Shown: positions 1 to 14,886, numbered from the stretch's first letter. The stretch: DNA of 64,000 nucleotides from Octopus sinensis (GCF_006345805.1 NW_021833745.1:7618-71617), one strand, 5' to 3'. Program-made: numbers and translations. Notes: generated by a model not told the origin, from the sequence alone.

Positions 1-536
1 TTCTAATGAATATTATTGTTTTCAACTTTGAGAACTTAGACCGAATGCAATGTATGTAATAAAGTCACTATTTGACCTTTAACTTCCACGTGATCTGATG
101 TTATAAACCAAATCATTTTTTCTTTGTTCTAATCAGGGCATGTATTTCTGTATTTAATGTAACTGATTACCTCCTAGACATACACTGTCATCTTAGCAAA
201 ACCGAAACTATATGATATTATTTTCTATATTTAGGTCGGGTTCTTTCTCCTCGAGTATTTCCAGTTCAATTTTGATGAAAAGTAAAATTGCCTAACAATT
301 TACTGATTTTCCGAATTCTTCTGTGTCTTTCTTTGATTTTCTAATTTTCAGATTTCGCAAATCGACAAACATTGCTTGAAGTCAAAAGAAATTACAAGAT
401 TGTGTATTGTCACGGAAATTCTACATTTCGAGGCACAATAGAATGTCATGTACAAACTAGTTAACATTTGTTGAAAGTCTTGCGTTCAGAGTTCAAACCA
501 CAACTGCTTATTTAAACTTTGACTTATAACAGTTAC

Positions 537-572
537 CGGTGACGAAGACTGATCTAGTCGCGAGGCATGGCG
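537..572 (-). CDS. Candidate 36-nt internal exon (unverified)
   Basis: Minus strand reads tgattttgatattctacAG|cgccatgcctcgcgactagatcagtcttcgtcaccg|GTaact. Open in phases 0 (RHASRLDQSSSP) and 1. No homology recognised. Confidence 0.15.
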
Positions 573-967
573 CTGTAGAATATCAAAATCAGTGCACATT
601 ACCTATTATTATAGCTATTCAAACTCAGAGTTTTGAAGGCAATATCGGATGTGATTTCTAGTTTTTCATTACCTATTCCGTTGCCTTCAACTAACATGAT
701 TTATAAGAACAGACTTTTCACATAGAATTACATAATAGGAAGATTATGATGCTATTATATACTTACATATTAGCTTCCTTCATTTCACTTGCATTTTCTA
801 TATAAGAATAATTAATTTTCCAATTAACAAGTAATGAGATCGTGAATTATAACACTGATAACGAATATGGTTATCTGAGTAGTAGTAATAATCACGATCA
901 TTCCCAGTGTGGCAAGTAGCACAAGTTTGAATGCAGGTTTATGTTGGATATGTACTTCTTGTTTGTG

Positions 968-1352
<385 letters not shown>

Positions 1353-1374
1353 TTGTATATAAATATATTATATA

Positions 1375-1428
<54 letters not shown>

Positions 1429-2150
1429 GCGGAATATTCAGCAATGAGGACAACATACGCGGTGTTGCAATTCGCTGGAGTATTACTCTTGTCAAAAGGG
1501 TAAAATCTATGACGACTTCACCTAGAAATGGCTCCAGCAACAATCGCTTCTTTTGGTACCTTCTTCTCAGCGCCTTTCCATCACTATTCTTTCAGCATGC
1601 TTTAGTCACGTGACAAAGATGGCAGACAGTAACTGACCCGAACTGGCAACAAAGGCAATGAACCATTGCAGGTCGAAAGACTGTAGACTCCAGTAGGACG
1701 ACAACCACCGAGTAACATTTGGTAGGTGCTACACTTACTCCAAGAATAATATAATTCACACACTCTCGATGGTTAGTTATTTGTTGTTGTGACATTTATT
1801 TTTCGTTATGGAAAGAATAAAAATAATTGTTCGTTAAAAACCTCCACAGATTTGTTATTAGAACATTTCGGATGTGATTAGAACATTTCGAAGCCTCATT
1901 TTTGTACGAGTGGAAACCCCAGAGGAAGATTATCATACAACCTAGATACAATTCGTCGATGACTCTTTGTGTAGGAGATTGCTGTTACAGATTCTACCGA
2001 AACCTTGGTAGTTCACATGAACAACGTGGACATGTCACTGAGTGAATTCTCTCTCCGAGTGAATTTTCCCTGTCGTTGTAACAACGCCGCGGCACCACTG
2101 AATCTCTCGTCGATACACTGGGGATCGTGTCCCAAACATACAACGCTTAC

Positions 2151-2242
2151 AGCAATCAGTAGCTATTCTATCTCCAACATCATCGATACCATCCAACATA
2201 CGCAATAAATTCCTATTCTTCTTGATATCTTTATAGCGCATT
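2151..2242 (-). CDS. Candidate 92-nt internal exon (unverified)
   Basis: Strong acceptor tttacctc(t)nAG and donor ct|GTAAGC on the minus strand. Open frame MRYKDIKKNRNLLRMLDGIDDVGDRIATDC. No homology recognised. Confidence 0.2.
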
Positions 2243-2654
2243 CTAAAAAAAAAAAAAGAGGTAAACCTCTGTCAGTATCTACAGACTGTAGTTGGTTCTC
2301 TAACGACATCCACATCACCCACTGCATAAACAATATGAGTGTATCCCTCCACTGACGCCGTCATCTACTCCAAGAAAGAGATAATTCAACATGCACGTTC
2401 TCCAGTGCAGTACGAAAAAATACTATTCTTCTATGTCTTTTTTTCTTACTCCCTTTGCTTTACTTTTATTCATACAAGAATATATCTGAAGACATTTTTA
2501 CATTGCTCACATTTCGACTTGCACCCATTCACATATAACATAAGCAGGAGCACCCAGCACGTGTCTAACATGCGAACATACTCTTAGCACATACATTCAT
2601 TGCTTGCTGTATACATCAAAGTACTATGAATAAAAGATACAACCCCACTTTTCA

Positions 2655-2924
2655 GTACGGCCAAGTTACGAGGACGTAAATACACCAGCATCGATTGTCA
2701 AGGGATGTAGGGGGAACAAACACAGACGTCCTCGTATGTACCGTTGGCAATTTTTTTCCTCTGTCTTCCCTTCTCTGGATCTTTCCTTCTCCTATGTTTC
2801 CGACGAAGAGATCCGCTCGAAACTTTAAACCCTCCTCCTTTCCTTCTTTCCTGAGCGTCCAATAATACTATATTTGTTCCACGTCCTCGCGTTGTTGCGT
2901 TTTTTTGTGCTTTCTTGTTTGGAT

Positions 2925-2961
<37 letters not shown>

Positions 2962-3122
2962 GACGGGCTTCTTTCAGTTTCCGTCTATAAAATCCACTCA
3001 CAAGGCTTTGGTCGGCCCGAGGTTATAGTAGAAGACACTTGCACAAGGTGCCACACAGTGGGACTGAACACGGAACCATGTGGTTCGTAAGCAAACTAGT
3101 CACCACACAGCCACTCCTACGC
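2655..3122 (-). mobile_element. tRNA-derived SINE, group B (internal TA/TG microsatellite), carrying an insertion
   Basis: Reverse complement of the B head (gtaggagtggctgtgtgg...ggttccgtgttcagtcccac...gaaagaagcccgtcg) and a partial B 3' half, separated by a foreign ~200 bp segment. Confidence 0.85.
2726..2927 (+). mobile_element. Penelope-like pLTR fragment with a decayed minimal hammerhead motif, inserted beside the SINE (TA)n
   Basis: gttt-CCGACGA-a-gag(atccg)ctc-GAAA-cttt-aaac at 2796-2830; the 9-mer acgtcctcg occurs at both 2726 and 2881; abuts (TA)n. Confidence 0.45.
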
Positions 3123-3158
3123 TTCCTACACCTATTGGAGGAAATTTACTAAGCAAAA

Positions 3159-3355
3159 GGCGGCGAACTGCCAGGATCGTTAGCACCCGGGCAAAATGCT
3201 TACTAGCATGTCCTCCGTCTTTAAATTCCGCCCAGGTTGTTTTGCCTTTCATCTTTTCGGGGTCAATAAAATATGTTCCAGATGTGTACTGGGGTCGATT
3301 TGATCGACTTACCCCTCCCTCGGAGCATGCTGGAGTTGTGCCAAAACATGAAACC
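3159..3355 (+). mobile_element. SINE group A with tail A2 (diverged)
   Basis: Head ggcggcgaactgccaggatcgttagcac, central domain, and tail cccctccc...gttgtgccaaaa. Confidence 0.8.
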
Positions 3356-3952
3356 AATTTTTACTAAGTAAACATTTGATCACTTGACAGTAAATTGTTT
3401 AAAAGTAAATCTAGAAATATCTCACGATGTATCTAGAACCCACTTCAACTCAGTCTCTCCAATCAATATCTCTGCCCACGTTCATATATAATAACGACAA
3501 CCATGGCATTAACAGTGAACAACCAATAAGATCTTACAGAAAAAAAAACACGCACTCAATTTAAGAACAGAAAATGAAAAGCTAAAATAAGGAAAATAAT
3601 GAAAAAAAAAAATGCTCATAAAAATTTGAAAAATATATAAGTATAGAATATAAAATGAAAAGCGTTAGAAGAAAAAAAAGTAGAAAAATATCGGCGTCCT
3701 CATGATATGCATCATAAATTGCTACTCTGGTTGCTCCAGATATCCCATTGTAAATATATAAAATAAAATGACACCTTTACTTGAAGTAAGTTCTTCATGT
3801 AAATCGTCGTAAAAATGCTTAAATAATCACTAAAACATTTATTCTTCTCGTTGCAGTTGTCGTCTCTGAGGATTTTTCCTGCTAGTGGAAAAGTTGCCAA
3901 AGTAAATTAAGTGCGTACATAGATATGTGCAGGTTGTATGTGATTGTATAGC

Positions 3953-4030
<78 letters not shown>

Positions 4031-4405
4031 ATACTAACATACATACATATATACATAACACATGTATACATATATAGAGAGAGATATATACGAGTATATA
4101 TATTTATTTATATATACATATATATAGAGACACGCATAAATATATATACACACATACAAATACATACATATTTACACACACATATATATATATAGAAAGA
4201 GATAGATAGACCGATAGATAGATAGATAGATAGATAGAGATAGATAGGTACATAGATAGATACATACATACATAGAGAATGAGAGAGATTATCGTACATG
4301 TATATGCACACATAAATGTATATATCCATATATATATACATATATTTCCTTATATATATATATATATATATATATGTATTATGTATATATATATATATTA
4401 TATAT

Positions 4406-4458
<53 letters not shown>

Positions 4459-4556
4459 CACACAAGTATATACATACACATACAACACATACATATATGT
4501 GCGTGAATGCATGTATCCATATGTAACTATACGTTCATTAAATTATCTGCACATAC

Positions 4557-4596
<40 letters not shown>

Positions 4597-5254
4597 CAAA
4601 AGTTATCATTCTGTTTAATAGATGTTTTACGTATGATACATTAGTTCTTTTTTTAATTCTTAAATTCTTCCTTTAACTTTTGTTCATACTATACCCGCGT
4701 GTCCTTGTATCTCTGTCAATGTGTATGTGCGTGTGAGCTTGGAAGTGTGCGGTGAAGTGCGAGGTTGTGTATGTGGAAAATAACGAATTGAAACTGAGAG
4801 GAAGGTGGAAAGGTGGAGATGAGGAGAGAGATAGAGAGAGAGAATTAGAAAGAGAGGCAGGGAAAGGAGGAGGAGAGAGAGAGAGATGAGATGTGAGGAT
4901 ATCCATCCTTTATAAAAGTTAATGTATCATTTATGTTTTCAATCATCTCAGAATTCTTTATATAACCCCACTGGAACAATATTCTGTCTGTACGTCAAGT
5001 AGAGTCTTATGTTTTCATTTTGTGTTTACTCATTTTCTCTATCATTTCCCAGTGAAGCTGAACAGTAAAAGAAAAGCAAAAATAATGAAATATCATGACA
5101 CATACACTCATTTATATACGTATATATATATACACACACAACCATATATATATATATATATATTGATAAAGATGGTAAGACAAATATATATATGTATGTA
5201 TATATGTATGCATATATATATATATATATATGTACGTATATATATATATATGTG

Positions 5255-5285
<31 letters not shown>

Positions 5286-6095
5286 GTACGTATATATATA
5301 TATATATATGATATATATATATATATGTGTGTGTATATATATATATGTGTGTGTGTATATAATGTATATATATCTATATATATGTATTTTCCATTTTATT
5401 ATCATTATTATTATTTATTATTATTATTATTATTATTATCATTATTATTATTATTATTAGTAGTAGTAGTAGTAGTAGTAGTTGTAGTAGTAGTAGTAGT
5501 TGTGGAAGTGGTAGTGTTGGTGGTGGTGGTAGTAGCAACAGTACATCCTTTGTCTTTTGTTTTTCTTTTCGGAAATATATCTTTTTTTTTCAGTTGTAAT
5601 TTTGTTTTAAAATATTTTCTTTGTTTTGATTTTTTGCTTCTTTTTTTACCTCATTTTCGCTTTGTATAGTAAGTAGTAAAATATAAAGGCGACATTAGAT
5701 TTTACTATATTTGAGGTAAGATTTTTTTATTATATATATATATATATATATAATATACATATATATATATGTATATATGCACACATACACCCACATATGT
5801 GGCTATTTATAACCACACGAGTGCGTGTTTGAGAGCTTGCGTGTGTATTTGTGTGTCTGTGTGATGTCTGTGCGTGCATGTTTGTTCGTGTGTGTGTGTA
5901 TGTGTGTTTGATATGAATCAGGTTTCATTTTAGTTTTTGCGACATCATATTCTCGCCCACATTGGTTTCATTAACAAGCAATAGATTGTGCCGTAAATCA
6001 ATGGTCTCATGTGCTTCTCGATTCTTTTATTCCATACTAAAGCTTCTATTCTGATGTTATGCTTATCACGTATATTCCACTCGTACCGTAAGATA

Positions 6096-6850
6096 CTGGT
6101 GGTTAGGGGATTTCGAACACGTATGATTTTCTGTTTATTTAATAACTATGCACGTTTCAGTGACTATATCAGTAAACATCGATGTAAATTTTTGTCAAAC
6201 TATGCCAAAGTTCTCAAAATTATTTCCCGTAAATTTGTGCAAAAATGCAAAACTGTTCTCAAAATTTGAAAGTAAATATTGGACGGTGGGATCTTGAAAG
6301 TAAATATTGAAATAAGATAAGGGTAATTGAAAGACTACTTTATGTACTAACAACACGTTTAATTACCCTCTGTAATATCACGATTCATTGTTGAGATGAT
6401 CGTTTGTATCGCTCCTTTAACTCATCGTTTTATGTTTCATCTATAGCCGTACCTTATCAGATTAGAAGCTGCTTGGTTGCTTCTTTTTGTGTCAAGCTTT
6501 ATTCTAACAGATGTTGAAATTAAGAGTAAACACGTCTGTGGAATTTTCCAGAGATTTACACGTTTACTCAGAAGTAGTTACTTCTGTTTATCTAACAAAC
6601 GAATTCTCTTCGACAAAAGACGGAGATCCGACCGTCTAATGTTTACTTTCATGATCCGACCGTCCAGTATTTACTTTCAAATTTTGAGAACAGTTTTCCA
6701 TTTTTGCGCAAATTTACGGGAACTAATTTCGAGATCTTTGACATAGTTTGACAAAAATTTATATCGATGTTTACTGATATAGTCACTGAAACGTGCATAG
6801 TTATTAAATAAACAGAACATCATACGTGTTCGAAATCCCCTAAGCACAAG
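6096..6850. mobile_element. MITE / foldback DNA transposon with ~215-bp terminal inverted repeats, TA-flanked (Tc1/mariner-like)
   Basis: 6096-~6310 is the inverted copy of ~6640-6850 (ct(g/t)gtg(g/c)ttaggggatttcgaacacgtatga...). TA lies at 6094-6095 and 6851-6852. The arms carry a repeated gaaagtaaa.a.tggacgg..ggatc motif. No transposase ORF. Confidence 0.85.
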
Positions 6851-6924
6851 TATTTTGTTATGTTAATTAATATAACATGCCAGAGCAATTTTCAAAAAAT
6901 ATAATTCTTTCTATTCTTTCATTC

Positions 6925-7325
6925 TTTAACTTGTTTCAATCATTTGATTGTGGCACTGCTGGAGAATACCCTTTAGTCGAGCAAATCGACCCCAGGACTT
7001 ATTCTTTGTAAGCCTATTACTTATTCTATCGGTCTCTTTTGCCGAACCTCTAAGTTACGAAGACATAAATACACCAGCATCGGTTGTCAAGCGATGGTGG
7101 GGGGACAAACACAGACACACAAACACACGCATACCTACATATATATATTTATATACATATATACGACAGGTTTCTTTCAGCTTCCGTCTACCAAATCCCA
7201 CTCACATGGCTTTGGTCGGTCCGAGGCTATAGTAGAAGACACTTGCCCAAGGTGCCACGCACTTGGACTGAACTCGGACCATGTGGTTCGTAAGCAAGCT
7301 ACTTACCACACAGCCACTCGAACGC
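6925..7325 (-). mobile_element. SINE group B, near full length
   Basis: Reverse complement of the B head, internal microsatellite and tail (…gcagtgccacaatcaaatgattgaaacaag). Confidence 0.9.
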
Positions 7326-9844
7326 CTATAATGATAAATTATTAGAACAAGTACATGAAGGAGATTTGAAAACTTCTCTAGTATATTGTATTTGTGTTAT
7401 ATTTCATATTGCGCCATGAATTAAGTTCGAAATTCGTTTTAAAAGAATCTGTTGCATAACAATAAATTTAATTGTGTTAACTATAAACCGGCTTCGTATA
7501 TTGTTGGTCAGAAATTCTAAAACAGTCTTAAATTTGCCTTGTTATTACTTCTTCTCAACAATTTTGTGTTTGTACTGTTTTATTTGTATATAGACACATT
7601 ATTACAGGAAATTTCTAAATTCCAAATTTATAAGCAGTGCCCGTAATATTGCTTTGGGATCGTGGGTGAGGATCGGTTCACTTCACCTACCGTGATTTTG
7701 TTTGGACTGTTTATTATCGTTCATTTCAAAAGCAAAACATTATAAATATTGTAAACACTTTTGATTCTTTATCCATTTAGTCCAATATCTGTTGGCTTTA
7801 TACTTGTAAAACTTACACACTCTAAAACGTACACACACACACACGTACGCACGAATACACACACGCGTGCACACACACATATGTCTGCATATATATATAT
7901 ATATATTATACACACCTTTCGTGATCCATGAACTCAATAATGTCTTAGGTACCAGGATCGATATATTTCATCGTTCCCCTTTCCAAAATTCCAGGCTTTA
8001 GGCATATAAGAACAACTCTCTTCATGAAGCTAGGCAAGTATTTTTTTATGATTTATTTTTTCTTCTACTTTTGAGAGGGGATTCGCAGCTTTAAAAGAAA
8101 TGAGATTTAATACTTAGACCCCAAAACTTCTTTTAAAATTACTTTGGAATACAGTGGGATTGAACTCCCGAGCCATAACCCACGTTATTGAAAGCAAGAC
8201 ATTTTAGCACAAACACACACACACACACACACACGCACACACATACATTTCATATGAATCGATGTCCATATATGTACTGTTACCCCGCCTTATATTTTCA
8301 CCGGTAATTAAACCAATATTATTCAATATAGTTTTGTAATAATCTTTTGTAATTGAGACACAAGGCTTGAAAGATTTTAGCGGGCAGTGCTTAATCGATC
8401 ACATCGAACCCAACACTCACTGGTACTTATTTAATAGACTCCGAAAGAAAAGAAAATGATTTCTGTGTTATTTGAACACAGAACGTAAAAACCAATGAAA
8501 AGGCCCTAACCATTTTGTCCGGGTCGGTTATGATTTTCTAACTTACCACCTTTATTTAGACCTAATATGCGACTAAACGTTAAAATGTAGACCATTTTAT
8601 TGTTTCAAGATCTACCATTTATTCCAGACAATGTTTCAACTTATTTTACCCTGTTATATCTTAATTTATTTATTTGACAATTATTTATATCATTTATATG
8701 TTGTTGAATAACTGTAAACTTAACTATTTTAACCATAAACCTAATGCCTTTTCTCACTTTTACAGTTACGTACTCGAAAATATACTAAATATATTTTAGT
8801 TCACGTAAATGTTAACGCGTTAATTTGATAAAATCTAACTTCACCAAGTTAACGCGTGTCAGACGGGAGCATGAATATAGACATATATGCCCTTAAGAAG
8901 ATTCATATATCGATGAATGTGAATAATAATATGATATGTTTTGGTCAATTAAGCACGAATTATTGATCTTCTACTATATACTAAATAACTACATCCACAC
9001 GAAGGTTCTGAGATTCGACTATGATACTGTGCGTATGCGTCAGCGCTTGAATATATATATATAAATAATAATAGGGTGAAAAGAATTATAGAAATTATTA
9101 TTATCAGTGGCATAGCACAGAAAAATTAGTCCATAGAGTATATATTATTCATATAAAAATAGGAAAGCCTTGTGCTAGAAAGAGAAGTAGAAAACTCAAA
9201 CCACTAATTCTTGAAAAGAATGAAAATTAAAAACGTTTTCCATCTAATGTACTTCCTAGACCATGGGAATAGACACATCTCTATTATATATATAAACGTA
9301 TATATATATATTGATTATATATGTATGCATGTGTATGTATGTATATATGTAGTATATATATATATTATATATATATATATAATATTACATTATAAATATA
9401 TACATATGCACACATACATATATGTATATACATATATAAACATTAATATATATTATATATATGTGCATGTGTATGTATGTATATATATATTATATATATA
9501 CATATATAAAAATATATACATATACACACATACATATATGTATATGTATATATATTTATATATATACATAGATATATACATATACACACATACATATATG
9601 TTATACGTATGTGTATATATGCATGTATATATATATATATACATGAAAGACGGGTTACTTTCAGTTTCTATCAAACAAACCCTTCCAAAAGGATTTGATC
9701 CTTCATGTAGCAGAATACAATCCTGTAAGGTGCTATGTCTTTGGGAGGCACACGTCTTATCACACAAACATGCAAACGATATTCTTTATTTATCATTGTT
9801 TATTTCACTCAACGTATGTGGTCTTGTCGTCACGCTTCGTTTAC

Positions 9845-10210
9845 TCTCTATATAAACGGCAGTTTGTCTGTGCGTCTTTCTGTGTTTTCTGTTTGCTTGC
9901 ACCGCACCCTGACCACGGCTTTCAAACCGATTCTGTGAAACTTGACACACACATGCCCAATGTCATAATTCAAAACTAACGCGGCGAAAATTTTGAAAAG
10001 TTCCTCCATTCTGAAAAATCGATATTCCACATGGGGTCGAGAATCAGAAACACGAACCACAAACTGCTAGGGGACGCAACTCCACCTTTTTAAATCTCAA
10101 AAAATTACCATATTTTTTCCATTCTTTGCTATTTTTTGTCTATAACTCTCTAAAAATGCTTTATAGTTATTTCCCTTACAAACCTGAGCAACGGCGGGCA
10201 ATACTGCTGT
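9845..10210 (+). mobile_element. Non-autonomous Helitron (diverged copy)
   Basis: 5' TCTCTATATAAACGGCAG; colinear with 54936-55318; decayed 3' hairpin cctgagcaacggcggg and decayed end atactgctgt. Confidence 0.8.
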
Positions 10211-11010
10211 CAACACCATATATGATAACTGGTGAATAACACTGTCATTTGCGATATATATTGGGGTTGCATGTCTTCGGTAGTAGAGATACACTTGTGG
10301 ATTACTATGAAGCGTTCTGGCAATTATTCTGCAGACTGATATCTATGCTTGTACATACATATTTTCGATACGTACGAAGCTTGAAGTGATATTTGTTATG
10401 TAACAAACTTGAATATGGAACAACATTAAACTAATGGAATAAACATCTATTCTCTCACCTTTCTTCCCATACATACACCTGTGTGTAGGTGTGTGAACAT
10501 TATTCAGTCTAGCTATGAAACGTTGCCGCTTGCATTCATATTTGTGGTTCAAAATGATGTTAAGTGATATTTGAAATTTTCGGTGGAATTTAAAATAAAA
10601 AAATAATCTGTCAACCAAAGAAAAAGAGAAAATAATCAAATATCAATTTGGGATGCAAAAAACTTTTTAAAATTAACGAAAACAAATGATGTATCTACTA
10701 TATGCATACGCAAATACACGTTTATATATATGCACAAATATTCGTATCTAAGCGCATGCATAAAGTACATATACGTTAATACAGCAACATGTATCAACAT
10801 CGCAAACACCCATAACTGAACGTACAGAGATGAATTTATTTGATGAAGGAACAAAAAAATTCTCAATATATATATATGTGTGCGTGTATGTATATATATG
10901 ATCTGATTAGATTTCTTCTGATGAATAAAATAATCTGTCCGCTTGTCGGTGTGTCTGCTTATTTGCTGTTACTCTGCTTTCCATTTTACTCCCTCCCTTT
11001 ATGTCTTACT

Positions 11011-11041
<31 letters not shown>

Positions 11042-11129
11042 GTCACCGTATTCGTTGCACTCAAACGCGTATACACATGCACACTCTATCTTTCTTTCTT
11101 GTCTCTTACACTTACCACATATTATATAC

Positions 11130-11189
<60 letters not shown>

Positions 11190-11769
11190 GTATTATATAT
11201 ATAATATATATTATATATATATATATATATTATAATATATATATATAATATGTGTACAGAGAGAGAAAGAGAGGGACGCACTCGCAAACACGTGATCCAA
11301 AAATGTAGACACAAGGATGCATGGCCAGTGTGTAATCATATATTTATGTATGCTTGCTTGTAGAAACACAGATTCACAAAGAGTAGAATAGGATAAACGA
11401 GTATGCCTGTGTTCGTATGAATAACTTTGTACGTAGAAGTTTATATATATGTGTATATATGTATGCATATACATATATATATACATGTGTGTGTCTATGC
11501 ATGTTTGTGTATATGTATGCCTATGCATACATACATTCATACACACACACAAACCACATAGATACACTTACCACACACACACACACACATACACATACAC
11601 ACACGCACTCACATACATATATATTCGATTGTGTGTCTACATGTATTCTCAAAAGATCGTTTCTGTGTGCTTTGAAGTGCGTTTTAACTTTTTTTTTAAA
11701 TAAATCTATTTTTTTCATCTCTACTTGTGACATCTCTACTTGTATAGTGTGCGTATGTACATACACACT

Positions 11770-11816
<47 letters not shown>

Positions 11817-11949
11817 GTTTAGATATATGTTGATAGATATGTATGTATATGGATATGTAAGGTAATGAACCTAGATAGAGATAAATACATGCATATATGT
11901 ATATATATATTATATATCCTGTCAGTATACATATGTATTTATGTATATG

Positions 11950-11980
<31 letters not shown>

Positions 11981-12633
11981 CTATATATATATATATACAT
12001 ACACATATATATATTATGTATGTATATATATATATATACATATATCCTGACAGTAGATATGTATGTGTGTGTGCGCGCCGTGCATAGTCATCGTTTCACA
12101 ATTCTCCTTTGCTCCATTTTATGTTTTTATCTTAAACTATTTTTTCTTCAACAAAATTGAAAACTGATATTAAATAATATAACTGGGGAAATGTAAAAAA
12201 ACAAAAAAAAAACGCCTTTCCAATATGAAAATAACAGTAATATTTCTCGTGTTGCATTTCTTTATTGTGTTACTATTTTTACATATTACGTTTAGATGTA
12301 TTTAATATGTACATACATATGTGTATACACACGTGATTATAACACACACACAACCCGAAAACAGCAGCCACATCTACACACGTAAAGGGTAACACAACAT
12401 ATATGAGAGGGTGTACATGTTTGTGTGTATCCACGTATGAATCTATATGCATGTATGTATAGACGTATATTTGATTTTTATATTCAGCCATCACCCACGT
12501 GAATAAATGTGTTTATACATAGGTGTGTAGAGGTGTGTATATACATATATCTCTTTGTTTTTATATTAGTTTTCTATTTTTATAGTTGCTATATACAATG
12601 CATTCTTTGATATATATATATATATATATATAT

Positions 12634-12668
<35 letters not shown>

Positions 12669-12794
12669 CTGTATATATATATACACATAAACATATATAT
12701 ATATATATCTGTATATATATAAATATTAATATATATATATATATATTATATATATATACACACACCACACAACACACATATATATATATTATAT

Positions 12795-12841
<47 letters not shown>

Positions 12842-13194
12842 GGATTCAGTAACTCAGTGTGGAGTGTTTTTTAACTCTTTTTAAATGTCTTTCGTTTCAT
12901 CCGTCGTATTAAAATTTAGGACGGATTCTTGCAGAGATAGAATGTTGTATGACTAGAATTTATTTAATATGTATAATAAAGGATTTGACATTCAATTCTT
13001 TCGAAATATCTTGTATTTTGTCACCGTACTCTTAACACATTTAATTTTCAAATAACGTGTGATAGTTTTACACTTCCATTTTAGACTCTATGTTTCAAGC
13101 TTTTGAACTTGATAGTGAACATGCTTGAAATATTAACGCGTTAAATGATAGTTATAGGGGAGTGTGTAAGTCGATATTTTAGGCACGTGCAAAC

Positions 13195-14298
13195 CGGCGA
13201 GCTGGTAACATCGTTAGGACGACGGGCAATACTTCGTTTCATTCGTCTTTACGCTTTCAGATCAACTGCCTTCCAGGTCGACTTTGCCTGTCAACCTTTC
13301 AGTGTCCAAAAAATCTGAATCAGTTGAACACAGGTGTCTATGTAATCGACTTACACCCTCCACAAAATTGGAGAGCAAGGCGGTGAGATAGTAGAATGTA
13401 TAGGATGCCGGGAAAAACTGTTCGCGGTATTTCGTTGGTCTTTAGGTTATACCTTGAAATACCACCGGGATCTACTTTGCCGTTTATAATTTTGGGGTTG
13501 ATTAAATGTGTACAAGGTGAACAGTGAGATCGATGCAAATGACTAACACAAAATTGGTGGCCTTCTGCCAAAATTTGAAATAAATTTTTTATTCGGCAAA
13601 AGGTAGCGAGCTGGCAGAATCGCAACCGCGCTAGTTAAAACGTCCATGCTTATGTTCATCGTTCACGTTACACCGTGGTCGATTTTGCATTCCTTCATTC
13701 TGGGGCGATAAAAGGAGTGCGTGCCACGTACTAGGGTCGATGTAATCGAATTGCCCCCTCATCCAAAATTGTTGGCCTTGTGCCAAAATTGGAAACTAAT
13801 ATTTTAGACGGAATGGTTACCACGCAGGGCATAAATTTTTAACGATATATTCTCCATCTTTAGGTTGAGTTCAAATTCCGCCGAGGTCGACTTTGAATTG
13901 CATGTTTCCATGCGTCGAAAAGATATGTACCAGCTAAATATTGGGGTCACTATAATCTTGAAAAATTTCTGCAGAACGCCAGTAAATTTTTTTCGGGGTG
14001 GGGGCTATGTCGATTATATATTTCTTTACTACCCACAATGTTTAGCCCCTTGTGGGTAGTAAAGAAATATATAATCGACATAGACCCCCCCCCCGAAAAA
14101 AAATTACTGGCGTTGTGCAGAAATTATTCAAGATTTTATGTGATTAATTATACAATGCTTGTATTATAGATCTTGTACATTTTAAAAATTATTTTATCAG
14201 CTCTGAGGAAATGGAAGGCAAATTCGACCTCGATAGTATTTTAATCTAGAACTTAAAACCGGAAGAAATGCATCCAGCTGTCTTTACAGCATGCGAAA
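13195..14298. mobile_element. Cluster of about 5 diverged group A SINEs (mostly +, last one -)
   Basis: Recurrent head and central-domain remnants at ~13195, ~13420, ~13605, ~13862 (+) and ~14200-14298 (-). Confidence 0.75.
13954..14135. repeat. Near-perfect palindrome with ~85-bp arms and 11-nt loop, built from SINE A tails
   Basis: aatcttgaaaaatttctgcag...ctttactacccacaa | tgtttagcccc | ttgtgggtagtaaag...gcagaaattattcaagatt. Confidence 0.9.
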
Positions 14299-14308
14299 GA
14301 TTCTGCCA

Positions 14309-14600
14309 GCTAGTTGCCTTGATGATGAAGATGACAACGACGACGTCGATGACAAAAGATGCCGATGAACGACGGCGACGTCAGCGATGATGATGGCGAT
14401 GATGGTGGTGTTGGAGGGGGTTATGACGCTGGTGCTGCTGCTGCTGCTGATGATGATGATGATAATGTTGGCGATGGTGGTGGTGATCGTTGTGATGATC
14501 ATGATGATGAGGAGGAGGAAGAAGAGGAGGAGGAGGAGGAAGAGGAGGAGGAGGGGAAGAAGAAGAAGAAGAAGAGGAGGAGGAGGAGTGGGATGTTGAT
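14309..14600. repeat. Compound trinucleotide microsatellite (GAT/GAC/GGT/GAG/AAG)
   Basis: Direct inspection. Similar arrays at 34690-34890, 46870-47200 and 63795-64000. Confidence 0.9.
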
Positions 14601-14886
14601 GATGTTTAAAAAATATTGAGGTGTACCAACACTACCACCTCTAACAAGAAGGCATGCTGCATCATCAGCGAAACCATACGAGCATCTAGTGCAATGAACA
14701 GACCAAATTGCATCACAGGATGTCCGCTTAGAATAATACAAAAGAACATATATTCAACAATAGAAAATTTGACTTCATTTCATAATTAACGGTAAACCTG
14801 TGTGTGATGAGTAGTCTATCGGTAACGTAGGTGTATGTCGAACGCTCGTCGGATAATTGTTGTTTGCGGCCAAATGACATCCCCTT

